Assembly (NCBI RefSeq): GCF_006345805.1
Contig: NC_043000.1
Span: forward strand, 119,660,001-119,724,000
Reading direction: 5' to 3'
From: Octopus sinensis
Lineage: Eukaryota
DNA: 64,000 nt
Shown here: positions 37,791-50,095 of the stretch, one piece after another
Layout of the letters: every line of letters starts with the position of its first letter
Numbering within the stretch: the first letter of the stretch is position 1
Made by a program: the position numbers and the translations under genes
Notes under the pieces: model-generated
The model's input: only the letters and a program-made list of their open reading frames with translations
Database searches by the model: none
Told to the model about the DNA's origin: nothing

Positions 37791-39430
37791 TACACACGAC
37801 AGGCTTCTTTTAGTTTTTGTCAACTGAATCCACTCACAAGACTTTGGTCAGCTGAGGCTATAGTAGAAGACACTTGCCCAAGGTGTCACACAGTGGGGCT
37901 GAACCTTTAACCATGTTGTTGGTTTCTATATATATCTGAAGTAACAATTTTTGTACTACATAAATACATCTGTCTTCGCCGCATGTTATCCCTGAAACCT
38001 TGTTTTAGGATCTCAGCCAGTCCCTCTACCTTCGAATTGCAAACCCCTTGGCAGCTTATTCCCTATGTACATTTTGTCTACAAGATTCAAGTTCAAATGT
38101 TGCATATTTTGCATTAATCCCAGCAGTTTAGGAGTTTATATGAGGACTACAGTTGTTCTTCCAGTATAAAATAAAGTACGGAAAACATACACCAACCCAA
38201 CTATCATCATTATTGTTGTTATCATTAGGCCTAACTCATCGTAAAGTCAATAACACCATGACCGGTATCCAAACTACAGTGGAGAAGGCTGGCCACTGGA
38301 TTTGGTTAAAAAGAGACGATGTGCGATGGCTAGAAGAATATTGAGCTTTATTTGATAACCAGTTGATCTAGCAAGCGGGGCCTCATATCAGTGAGGGGGG
38401 CCGGTGCGCATTGATGCCGTTGAGAGGTAGGCCCTGAAACGGTGTGCATTCTCTCCTGATGACCCCATACACTTGCTGGCTTCTGGTATGCGGAGTTTTT
38501 GACTGGTAGCACTTGCATGTGCAAGTTGTTTGCAAGACATATAACGACCACTTTTCCATGCTTGCATGGGTTAGGCAGAATTTGTTGAGGCAGATTTTTT
38601 GCAGCTGGACACCCTCCCTGTCACCAACCCTTACCTGTTTTCAAGCAAGGTAATATTTTCCCATTGCCTGGTATTTCTTTCCACAGAAGACTGGAAATGA
38701 ACAACCTTGCTTATATGATGATCATCAGCATTTTATTTATTTCTTTTAACCGGGTCCACGTCAGTACATTCAATGTAGAACGTAGAAGTTCTATGACATA
38801 TATATTTCCTGAGGAAGTATATAAATAAACTGAAAGAAACTTTATGCAAGAACTTGAACATTAATGCTGGTTTAACTCTCTGAAAGCTTATCTCTTACTG
38901 CCTCTGTAGCATCGACACACACACTGGCTGCAAATGCCTTTGAGCAAACGATGTTCCCAATAAGTAAAGTTTGCAGTCTGTTTTCTATTAATAGAAGAGA
39001 AAATGTTGTAGACCCATGTCTATGCCTTGAGGTGTTCTATAAGGAATCTATAAATTCTTCTGCAAAATTTCTTTTTCTTTGAAGGATGATTCTGTGGAGA
39101 ATTTATTTGAATAATTGTTTTTGGCAGATCATCAGATTCTGTTTTTTAAACAATTTCTTGGAATTATTCATTTAGGTAATTTGTTTGAGGTAATTTAGTA
39201 AAGCAAAACAATTATTTTTTATTCAGTATTTTTAGGCAATTCTCTTGAGAACTTTTTCTTTTCGCCAATGCTCCAGGCAACCTCTATGCTTGGTTTTTAT
39301 AACTGTTCTTTTAACAATTCCACCATTTAATAATATTTTAATGAATACTTACCTTAGTATTTTTTTTTTTGGATATCTATCTGATTGTCTTTCGTAATCA
39401 GAGTATCTTTTTTACCATTTTATTTTTCAG

Positions 39431-39544
39431 GTGCTGTTCGTGTTGGGTTAGTAAATGATGAAGTTATTATCAACCCCACCAGACGACAAATTTCTGAAAG
39501 TACTCTCAATCTGATAGTAGCCTGTATAGATCAATACAAAGTTG
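39431..39544 (+). CDS. PNPT1: PNPT1 (mitochondrial polyribonucleotide nucleotidyltransferase) internal exon, first RNase PH domain
   Basis: Preceded by a pyrimidine tract and ttttcag. Translates (G)AVRVGLVNDEVIINPTRRQISESTLNLIVACIDQYKV(V), which resembles vertebrate PNPT1 [32 protein letters not shown] as I recall it. 114 nt, phase 1 at both ends. Confidence 0.93.
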
Positions 39545-40588
39545 GCAAGTATTTTACAGCATTTGTTTACTCAATGAACAGTTGATTCTGCACATTCCAA
39601 AATGTCTCTCAGGCATACTTTTCTTACATTGTTTAAAGATTGAAGCAGTTGATATTTTTTCCTGGTTACATATTCTTTATATTCTTCATATGAATGGAAG
39701 CTCTGTTTTTTTTTTTTTGTCCTATGAGCCACATTTTTGATATTTTTGATAAAGGATCCATGAAAAGAAATAACAGTGTTTATTTTCCATGAATATAACA
39801 TAAATGAATCCAAAAACCCAGTTTTCAGGGACTAATATAACTTGACAACAACAGCCACAACCAATGGCAGACTGGGTCTAAAAATATTGGTTGCCAAGAG
39901 ACTAAGGGGGCCCACCTGCAACTACAAGGAGGCCCACCCGCAACTACAAGGGGGTCCACCCGCAACTACAAGGGGGCCATCTTAAAAAAAAAAAAGAATT
40001 GTGCCAGTGCCATGTAAAAAACACCGAGCATATTTTGTAAAGTGGTTGGCATTAGGAAGGGCATCCAACCATAGAAACCAAACCAAAACAGACAACTGGA
40101 GCCTGGTGCAGCTCTTTGGCTTGCCAGCTCCTGTCAGATTGTCCAACCCATGTCAGCATGGAAAACAGACGTTAAATGACAACGATGATGATGATGATGG
40201 AGTTGTCCTGATAAAATTGTCATGGAGATAGGAAGGGATTGTCATGGCTGGAGTACCTATCATCAAAGGTCTACTTTTTAAGGAATGATTTGAGGTTAAA
40301 CAATAACAACAGCAACAATAGAAAGGATACATTAGATAATATACTCCAAGAAGGGCTCTGCCAAAAGACTGGTTGGTTACGGCTGGTACATTTTGTTTTA
40401 TCCTGGTCTGTATGATATCCTAGTGACAAAGGCTAAATATTAGCAACTCCATAATATAATCTTAGCTATCGAAAATTTTTATAAAAATGCATTTTTTGCC
40501 TTTCATTTTTATGTTTTGCATAAATGTAAAATTTCCAAATTCTAAGAATATTTTTCTTACATAGATAATTTTTTTTTTATATTTTCAG
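39545..40588 (+). other. PNPT1: GC-AG intron of PNPT1
   Basis: Only a phase-1 donor keeps frame with the next exon. GTTG|gcaagt is phase 1; the neighbouring GT sites at 39541 and 39549 are phase 0 and 2 and would frameshift. Confidence 0.8.
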
Positions 40589-40775
40589 TGATGCTGGAAT
40601 CAAGTTCTGACAATATTCTCCAACAGGATTTAATGCGTGCAATAAAACGGGGTGTGAAAGAAACCCAGCTTATTATCCAAGCTATTAAAGATCTACAGAA
40701 GCACCACGGGTGTGAGAAGAGGCAATTTACTCCACCATCAGTGTTAGAAGAGGATATTTTAGAGGCCATCAAAAG
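40589..40775 (+). CDS. PNPT1: PNPT1 internal exon
   Basis: Acceptor ttttttatattttcag|TG, donor AAAAG|gtattt. Translates (V)[61 protein letters not shown], resembling PNPT1 [33 protein letters not shown]. 187 nt. Confidence 0.93.
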
Positions 40776-41404
40776 GTATTTATCTTCCACCTATCTATTT
40801 CTATTACAATGTGTGTGTTTTTGTGTGTGTGTGTGTGTGTGTGTGTATCGATCATTGTTTTGCTTCTTTATCGGCATCGTATATTATTTCCCCGCTTGAC
40901 ACTCTTTGCAATCTATGTTACATCATTTAGGTATTTGCAAGGTATGGCTGTGTGGTTAAGAAGCTTGCTTCCCAACCATGTGGCCTTGGGTTCAGTCCCA
41001 CTGCATGGCATTTTGGGCACATGTCTTCTACTATAATCCCAGGCCAACCAAAGCCTCATGAGTGGGTTTGGTAGAAGGAAACTGAAAGAAGCCAGTTGTC
41101 TGTGTGCATGTATGTATGTATGTATGTATGTATGTATGTATATATATATATATGTATGTATGTTCCGAATGTGGCTGATGCCAGTACTGCCTTGAACCAA
41201 CTGATCATGGTTGTTGCCAGCCACCCCTGGCACGTAAAAAACACCCACTACACTCACAGAGTGGTTGGCATTAGGAAGGGCATCAAGCTGTAGAAACACT
41301 GCCAGATCAGACTGGAGCCTGGTGCAGCCTCCTGGCTTCCCAGACCCCGGAAGAACTGCAAGCATGGAAAACGGACGTTAAACGATGATGATGATGTATA
41401 TATA

Positions 41405-41634
41405 CAGGGTGGCCCAAAAGTAAGTTTAGTTATCACGTAGGCACTTTAAATTTCTTTTAAAACATTTTATTACATTTAAATTTCTATCTTACAAATTTAA
41501 AAGGGAGCTTCACAAAATTAAATTAGCATAGAATAATGGTTTCATATTTTTTTTATAATTAAGATCTAAACTGTTAATATATGAATGTGAAAGAGATAGT
41601 TGAATAACTGTAAAGCTACTTTTGGGCCACCCTG
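41405..41634. mobile_element. Tc1/mariner-type MITE
   Basis: TA-CAGGGTGGCCCAAAAGTA...TACTTTTGGGCCACCCTG-TA: perfect terminal inverted repeats with TA TSD. Confidence 0.9.
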
Positions 41635-42239
41635 TATATAGCGTCATGCCAGCATGAAAAATGGATATTAAACAATGAGGATGATGATATATCATCATCA
41701 TCATTGTTTAATGTCTGCCTTCCATGCAGGCTTGAGTTGGATGGTCTGATAGGAGCTGGCCAGGCAGGAGCCTGTGCTATGCTTCTGTCTGTTTCGGCAT
41801 GGTTTTTGTGGCTGGATGCCCTTCCTAACATCACAAGCCTCAGAACTATGTTGGGCCCTAATGTCAGCTTTGACAGGGTTTCTATGACTGGATGTCCTTC
41901 CTAATGCCAACCACTTTACAGTATGTACTGGGAGCTTTATTTATTTATTTTTTTTTTCATGAATCTGTTACTAGTGAGGTTGCCAAGTAACTCGTAAGAC
42001 AAAGTAAAGAAAGGAAAAGGCTCTCTTGATTGAGTGGGAGTGAATTTGAGTGAAACGGGGGTGACTTTATTGCTAGGTACTGAATGAAAGACCAGGACAA
42101 GACATACATGGCTACCTCTTATTATGTGAAGGTTGCTGAGAGTGGCTGAATGAGAGATCAAAATGGTGGTGACAAGATGCCAGACTATATTCACAAAGCA
42201 CACACTAGGAATGTTTTGAACATCAGTTAACAGATGCAG

Positions 42240-42860
42240 CTATTCGAGTATGATCGTTACAAGCGTCGTCTTACTGGCACTTATGCCTGTGCTAGTAGGG
42301 TGCTAAGAGCACCATCTGAGCATGATTGTTGCCAGAGCTGCTAATTGGCTTCCGTGCCAATGGCACATAAAAGGCACCATTCGAGTGTGATCGTTACCAG
42401 CGTCGCCTTACTGGCACTTGTGCCCCGTGCTAGTAGGGTGCTAAGAACGCCATCTGAGCATGATTTTTGCCAGAGCTGCTAACTGGCTTCTGTACCAGTG
42501 ACACATAAAAGGCACCATTCGAGTGTGATCATTACCAGAGCAGCCAACTGGCACATAAAAGGGGCACCATTTGAGCGTGATCGTTACCAACGTCGCTTCA
42601 CTGGCGCCTGTGCCAGTGGCACCTGTAAAAAGATTCGAGCAAGGTCATTGCCAGTATCGCTTGACAGGCCCCCGTGCCGGTGGCACGTAAAAAGCACCCA
42701 CTATACTCTCGGAGTGGTTGGCATTAGGAAGGGCATCCAGCTGTAGAAACTCTGCCAGATCAAGATTGGAGCCTGGTGCAGCTATCTGGCTCCCCAGCCC
42801 TCAGTCAAAATCGTCCAACCCATGCTAGCATGGAAAGCGGACGTTAAACGATGATGATGA
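42240..42860 (+). mobile_element. RTE 3' UTR fragment with modular repeats and tail
   Basis: Repeated gtgcc...ggcacataaaaggcaccattcgag modules, then ggcattaggaagggcatccagctgtagaaa...gatgatga. Confidence 0.8.
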
Positions 42861-42870
42861 TATATATATA

Positions 42871-44477
42871 TCTCTTATTATAAAAGGCAGATTTTATCTG
42901 CCTCTCTTTGGGAGTTATAGAAATCTACAATATAGGATTTCTTCAATTACAATTTACCTAGCATTTTTAAGAGTAGAATGCATCGGGTCATGCCAGGTCC
43001 AGTTTTTAAAATTTAAGCTCCAATTAAGCAAAATTTACAGAAAACTCACATTCTGGTGTGTATGTCAAATGCTTTTCTTAGTCTGGTTTACAGCACACGC
43101 ACACACACAGTGTGCAACGAATAAGATGAAAGTAAATAGCGACAGTGATTTGAGGAAGACTAAACTGAAAGTATTTAAACCACTACTCAAAAAATAAAGA
43201 AACACAGCAAACAGAAACAAATAAATACATAACGATTTACTCCTCACACAATTTCTTCAATTAGAGTGTGCCCATGATTTTTCAGAGTACTTCAGTGGGT
43301 GATGCCATAAAAAATTTCTTTCAATTTTACCACCAATTAAGACAAAATTCGAGAAAACTCGATATTTTAACATATCACTCCAAAAGCATTGATGTACATG
43401 TGTGCGTGCGTGAGTGTGTGTGTGTCATTCCTCACACACACGCATACACATACATATACAACTACATACAACTACATACACATACAACTACATACAAACA
43501 CGTGTGTGTTTGTTATTAGTAAAAAAGGCGCCAAAACACAACTCACTTATCATTCCAACACATTTGCAAAGACACACGGACGGACAGAAAAGGTAAATTG
43601 GTTTTTATTTTACTCTGTAATATTTTATTATATAATATTATATATAGATATATGTATATATAATTGCAGTATGAAACAGTGTTTATGTATAAACAGACGA
43701 CACTTATATATAGTTATTATAATAAGAGATAATAAATGTATGCATCCATTTAACCCTTTCGTTACCAAGCCGCCCGAATTTACCTATTCATATTTAAATG
43801 AGAATATCAGAGCAAATCTCTTTAGTACATTCGTGAAAACACGTATTATACTTCGTAAACACTTCAACTACAGTTTTGTACAAAAATCGAAGTGTAATTT
43901 TAATTCCGTGAATTATGGGAGATTTTTTTCCGAAATTTGTTCCTATTGTGTTTTCAAAATTTGTAATTCTGACAAAAAATGGATACGAATTTCATTATAT
44001 CAAGCAGCGAGTCAGAATTCGAAGGATTTTCTACTGAAGACCTTCATAAATCTAACTCTATGACTGAAAAAAAAAAAAAGCATCTTTATATAAGAGTGAA
44101 GTTGTGTGTCTGTCTCCTACGAATTAGATTCCTAACTACTCCCACATTTTGCGGTGCAGTTTAACCAAAAGCGGGTATCTTATAGTCGTGATTCATATCG
44201 AGCCCTTCTGGGTATTAGTGTGCGTCTATGATGAGTCTACGATTTAAAAAAAATTTACCATCATATTTTTCCATTTTAATGCATTTTTTTCGCTTTTATA
44301 TAAGGGAAGTAACTCTCTAAAAATATCTACGATGTGTCAACGATTTAAAAAAAAATTTACCTTAATTTTTTTTCAATTTTTAATGCATTTTTTTGCTATT
44401 TTTTGGCTATAACTCTCTAAAAATGCTTATATAGTTATTTCCCTTACAACCCGAGCAACGCCGGGCGACACTGCTAG
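42871..44477 (+). mobile_element. Non-autonomous Helitron (composite)
   Basis: A|TCTCTTATTATAAAA 5' end, subterminal GC hairpin CCCGAGCAACGCCGGG (44450-44465), CTAG|T 3' end, inserted in (TA)n without a TSD. A second 5'-like end, TCTTTATATAAGAG, lies at 44083. Confidence 0.82.
43750..44066 (+). mobile_element. piggyBac-like 5' end with the start of an acidic transposase N-terminus
   Basis: TTAA-CCCTTTCGTTACCAA terminus shared with the MITE family below, followed by MDTNFIISSSESEFEGFSTEDL. Confidence 0.5.
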
Positions 44478-44511
44478 TATATATATATAGCTTAGTTTTG
44501 TTCTATTTCAG

Positions 44512-44563
44512 TTTGTCTAACCTACGGATTAAAGAAGTTTTTCAAGATTCCAGCCATGACAAA
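44512..44563 (+). CDS. PNPT1: PNPT1 internal exon (52 nt)
   Basis: Acceptor ttttgttctatttcag, donor AAA|gtaagt. Phase fits the previous exon (AG+T = Ser). Translates (S)LSNLRIKEVFQDSSHDK, resembling PNPT1 KLAMERLYAVFTDYEHDK. Too short to appear in the ORF track. Confidence 0.88.
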
Positions 44564-47064
44564 GTAAGTTTGTACTACTTTTATCTCTCTTTTTTTTTTG
44601 TTTTACTTGTTTCAGTCATTTGACTGCAGCCATGCTGGAGCACCACCTTTTAGTTGAGCAAATCGAGCCCAGGACTTATTCTTTGTAAGCCTAGTACTTA
44701 TTCTATCGGTCGCTTTTGCTTAACCGCTAAGTTACAGTGATGTAAACACACCAGCATCAGTTGTCAAGCGATGTTGGGGTGGGGTGGAGGACACAAATAC
44801 AGACCCACAAACATATACACACACATACATGTATACATATATACGACAGGCTTCTTTCAGTTTCCGTCTACCAAATCCACTCACAAGGCTTTGGTCGGCC
44901 CGAGGCTATAGTAGAAGACACTTGCCCAAGATGTCACGCAGTGGGACTGAACCTGGAACCATGTGGTTGGTAAGCAAGCTACTTACTACACAGCCACTCC
45001 TGCGCCTACAAAAATAAGTTGTTTTGCTCAGCATAGTTGAAGCTGATCTATAGAAAGACAGTAATACTCAAGGTCAGTTACAACAAATTCTTAGTCGGAT
45101 GACAACAACAACATCAACATCATCGTCATCATTTGATGTCTGCAACAGGCTCCAGTTGTCAGTTTCGGCATGGTTTCTACGGCTGGATGCCCTTCCTAAT
45201 GCCAACCACTATACAGAGCATATAAGATGCTTTTCACATGGCACCAGCACCAGTGCTTTATATGTGACACCAGCACAGGTGTTTTATACATGGGACCAGT
45301 ACCAGTACTTTTTATGTAGCACCAGCGGGGGTACTGTTTACATGGTACCAACATAGGTGCTTTTTACATGGCACCAACATCCATGAGCTCGCAAGACAAG
45401 GACCCCTCAAATGAGAGAAGGAGAGGAACCAAGAGATCAGAATACAATAAAGGGACTGAAGGAGCCCTCTTTCTATCAAAGTGATACTTGGCTACCTCAG
45501 TTGGACAAAGAAAGAGAGATATGTGGGAGAGATAGAGAGAGGGCCTACCCAACCTAATTCTTTGTCTCACAGGAGAAATGCTGTGTTGGTCACTTTGCAT
45601 TACTTTCCACACTCATGTTTGTCTCTCAGACATTTGCTTGGTTCTGTGTTGAAGCATTAACCTCTTCTGTAGATGATCCAGCTCCACTTTGTGTCAGTTA
45701 TTCACCAATAAATCTTATTTGCAACACATTGATGTCACATCATTATCTTACTTGGAAACAGGCGAGGGTTGATAACAGGAAGGGTACCTGGCCATAGAAA
45801 ATCTGCCTTGATAAACTCTGTCCAACCCATGCAAGCATGGAAAAGTGGACATTAAAATGATGTAATAGTAGTAGTCGTAGTAGTAGCAGAAGTAGTAGTA
45901 GTACAAGTAGTAGTAGTTGTGGTAGTAGTAATAGAAGTAGTAGTAGTAGAAGTAATAGAAGTAATAGTAGTAGTTGTAGTAGTAGTAGTACAAGTAGTAG
46001 TAGTACAAGAAGTAGTAGTAGTAGTAGTAGTACTAGAAGATGAAGAAGCCCATTGGCTGGATTGTATCTGTAATTCAAAGGTCTGATCTTGCCACCCTGT
46101 CATGTTGGATCGACTTGAGGATTATGTTTCGGGCATACGTCTCTGTGGAATATTCAGCCACTTGCATGCTAATTCAAAGAACTTAATAGTCCAGGTGATT
46201 GAACTACCGAAAATTCATGATCCAAAATTCTGATCAAAATCCATTTATTTATTTCATATATATTATTTATAAATTTTTTGTTTTTGCTCTGAAATTAATT
46301 CCCCCCCCCCCCCCTACATCTCTCTCTCTCTCTCTACCGCCTTCTTACATCTGATAATGTTTGTATCGGTGTATTTGTAAACAATGCCAAATATTTTAAA
46401 GAAATAATATGAAAGCAATAAATAATAACTCTACGACAAAAAACACACACACACACAAAAAAAAAGCCAATTTTTTTTTTGTGTTTGCAAATAAGAAATT
46501 TTGATGTTTTTATTTGCCAACCATATCGGTACTTCTGAACTAACAGGAATCTCAAGTCAGAGTATTTCTTGTTTATTATTCTCACTTTAAGAAGCGTTTT
46601 CCTTCTTACTTCTGTTTTTCTTTTTCTTTTATATTTTTCTTCTTCGTCTTTCCTTCTTTCTGTCTCAAGATATTTTGTAATCACGTTATATCATACTGTT
46701 AATCTTATGATTTCATACTGTTAATCATATTATTAATCACGTTATTTCGAGCTGCTGTTAATCATATTGTCTGTACTAGTTGTAGTTTTTGATTGTTGTT
46801 GTTGTTGTTAATATTGCTATTGCAATATAATGTAAGTGGTTTCACTTTTGTGTGTGTCTGTGTATTTGTGGATGTGTGTGTGTGTCTGTATTTGTGGATG
46901 TGTGTGTGTATAAGCATGTGAACATGGAAAAATAAATATTAAAATGATAGTGATGATGATGATGACGATGTATTTCTATGAGTATGTGTGTATACATATG
47001 TTTGTATGTATGTATATAGATGTTTATATGTATGTACATATATATAATGTGTGCATGTGTATAC

Positions 47065-47102
<38 letters not shown>

Positions 47103-47529
47103 ATGAGTATGTGTATACATATGTTTGTATGTGCATATATATGTGTGCATGTGTAAACTGTATGTATATATATGTTTATATGTATGTGCATATATGTGTG
47201 CATGTGTATACTGTATGTATATATATATATATATATAATGTATATAAATATGTATATATATGCATGTACATATATGTATATATATATTTTACTGCTGAGA
47301 TGCTTAAAATCTCTGACAGAGTAGAATGCATGCAGATACCTGTCTAGTTTGCTCAGGTTGTAAAAGTAAGTGCCATACACAGTGACGGGTATAGCAGCAT
47401 TTATAGTTAATTGTTACAAGGGTAAAGGAGATGCCTTTGAGAGAGAGAGAGAGAGGAGGGGGAGAGATATATGCAGGAGTATCAAATAGCTGGACCAGGT
47501 CATGAAAGTAACAGAAAGAGTTATGTTTC

Positions 47530-47670
47530 AATTAATTACGAACAGAATTAAACTAGATGAGATGCAGTTTGGCTTTGTGGCTGGTGATAGTACCATTGAT
47601 TCTGTCTTCCTAGTGATGCAAAAACAAGAGAAGTTTTGAGGTGAAAGTAAGCCACAATACTAAGTGTTTG
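47530..47670 (+). mobile_element. Small RTE reverse-transcriptase relic
   Basis: Translates IKLDEMQFGFVAGDSTIDSVFLVMQKQEKF, similar to the RTE RT QFGF...TxDAIF motif. Confidence 0.6.
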
Positions 47671-47959
47671 TAAAATTCAGTGAGCTGGCAGAAACGTTAG
47701 CACGCCGGGCGAAATGCTTAGCAGTATTTCATCTGCCGCTACGCTCTGAGTTCAAATTCCGCCGAGGTCGACTTTGCCTTTCATCCTTTCGGGATCGATA
47801 AATTAAGTAACAGTTACACGCTGGGGTCGATGTAAACGACTTAATCCGTTTTGTTTGTCCTCTCTCTGTTTAGCCTCTTGTGGGTAGTAAAGAAATAGGT
47901 ATTTTGTCTGTCTTTACATTCTGAGTTCAAATTCTGCTGAGGTTGACTTTGCCTTTCAT

Positions 47960-49154
47960 CTCAGCAAAAAAAAACAATACAGTTACAACACAGTTTTTGC
48001 CATTTTATCGGTATTTTATTTATGCCAGCAGCAAAGAGTTCTGGAGAGCAAGAAGTGATGAAATCACGAAGAGCTGTTTTTGCATCTTCTTCAGATTTGA
48101 AGTTTTTCCTTGCAAAAAGTTGTCTAATGCCTGGAAAATGTGATAGCCAGTTGGTCCAAGGTCTGGTGAATATGGTGGATGACAGTACTTCCAAGTTCGG
48201 TTCCTGTAACTTGAGTAGCGTTCTTTGCGCAACATGTGGTCAAGCATTGTCTTGCAAGAGAATTGGCCTGTCTCTATTGACCAATCTCAGTTGTTTAATT
48301 GCAAGATCACTCATTATTTCATTGATGTATACATTTGTTGTAATTGACTTACCAGGTATCATGAAGTTGTAGTGGATGAAATCAGCACTGGACCACCAAA
48401 CAGACACCATTAGCTTTTTTTGGTGGATATTCTTTTTTGGATTGTCCTTTGGCACTTTGTCTCTACCCAACCACTGTGCAGAATGCTTGCTATTGTTGAA
48501 AACAATCCATTTTTCACCACCTGTAACAATATGATTCTAAAATGGTTCACTTTTATCCCATGACAGCAAAAGACAGCAAGTTTCAAGATGATGTGTCATT
48601 TGATGCTCGGTTAGTCAGTGTGATACCCACTTATCCAGCTTCTTTGCTGATTTGTTTCAGATCGTCCAATACAGTTGGAATCAAAGCATCAAACCTTGCT
48701 GCTAACTTGAGCTTATTTTTAGAAATATTCACTTCCACTACAGTTTCCAGCTTATCATTATCCACCTTGGTCTCGGGGCAACCACGGGGCTGATTTTCAA
48801 GAGTAAACTCACCAGACCAGAACTTGTCAAACCATCGATGTACAGTGCACTCATTTGCCACATCTTCACCAAACACCTGATTGATGCTTCGAGCTGTCTG
48901 GGATGCATTGGTTCCACAACGAAACTCGTATTCATAAACAGCATGCATTTTTGATCTATCAATGGGTTCACAAAAATTAATTTACAAGAGAAAACTCACA
49001 ATATAATCAGACACCATGAACTGCATTTCGAAAAGTGATGATGTAACTCTTCAATGTTGTAAAACAAAGAATTGTCAGGATAAAACATTAGAGTTATCGA
49101 TTATCAAACTTGGTACATAAGAAAATCGAAGATTTAATTCTTAATGACCTGATA
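47960..49154 (-). mobile_element. Decayed mariner (DD34D) element, near full length
   Basis: YEFRCGTNASQTARSINQVFG...TVHRWFDKF (HTH), KKLMVSVWWS, LLQDNA, HPPYSPDLGPTGYH. Candidate 5' terminus tatcaggtcattaag at 49154-49140. Confidence 0.9.
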
Positions 49155-49899
49155 CATTGTGGAAGAATCACTTAATGACACATAAAGTCATTAAATTTCC
49201 TTTAAGTTTAAATTAATTTCATGAGGTATCAACATTTTTGTCACACGGCTTCAACTTTGTGACTGACATGGTTCCACTGTATAATTCCAACCACAGTGGA
49301 ACTATATAAATGACTAGGTTGCAGGGGTGGGACAAAAACTTTGGATGGGGATATAAAAGCCTTGCATTTTATCAGTTTGCTCCGCCCTAATGTAGTTGTC
49401 ATTTTTTGGTGGAAATTTAGAAATTTATCTTTTTTATCTTCTTTTACTTGTTTCAGTCATTAGACTGTGGCCATGCTGGATCACTACCTTGAAGAACTTT
49501 TAGAGTGGAATGAGATGATTAGGCGTGGCTCTTTGGACACAAATGATTTGGCATGAATGACTGGATGGCATTTTTGGGTGCTGGAAGCAAATACACATGC
49601 ACAGATATACATACACACTCACACAAATATGGAGAAATATACACATAAGGAGAAGAGAAGAGAAGGGAGAAGAGAAATGGCGAGAGAGAGGGGAAAAAGA
49701 GATTACAATTTAATGATTGAACACGATTGACATGAACATTTTTCCTCTCCTCACACACAAAGAGAAATATATAAAGGGAGGGAGTGGAGAGAGAGACGGA
49801 GAGAGAGGGGAAGGAAGGAAAGAAAGATTAAGATATTTGAGGTCAAAGAGTGAGAGAGAGAGAGAGAGAGAGAGAATATATGTGTGAGACTGACTAGAG

Positions 49900-50095
49900 C
49901 AGTGGTTCACTGCACCCCTAAAAACTTTTAATATATTCTCGCACCCCTTAAAGTAATAACTTATATAAGAATAAAGGTGCCCGGGGCAATTGCCCTCTTT
50001 GACCCCCCCCCCAATAAATCCAGTCCTCCTTGCACACCTTGGAATGCTATCTTGCACCCCCAAGGGGTGTGAGCACCCCTGGTTGGGAAACCCTG
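49900..50095. mobile_element. hAT (Charlie-like) MITE
   Basis: CAGTGGTTC...GGGAAACCCTG ends; imperfect 8-bp TSD gactagag/gtctagcg. Confidence 0.6.

Noticed and set aside
38430-38470. GAAAC...CTGATGA as a type II hammerhead
   Set aside because: Stem II arms (ccct and cccc) cannot pair.
43389-44063. 224-aa ORF
   Set aside because: Runs through microsatellite and transposon-end sequence inside the Helitron; no recognisable domain.
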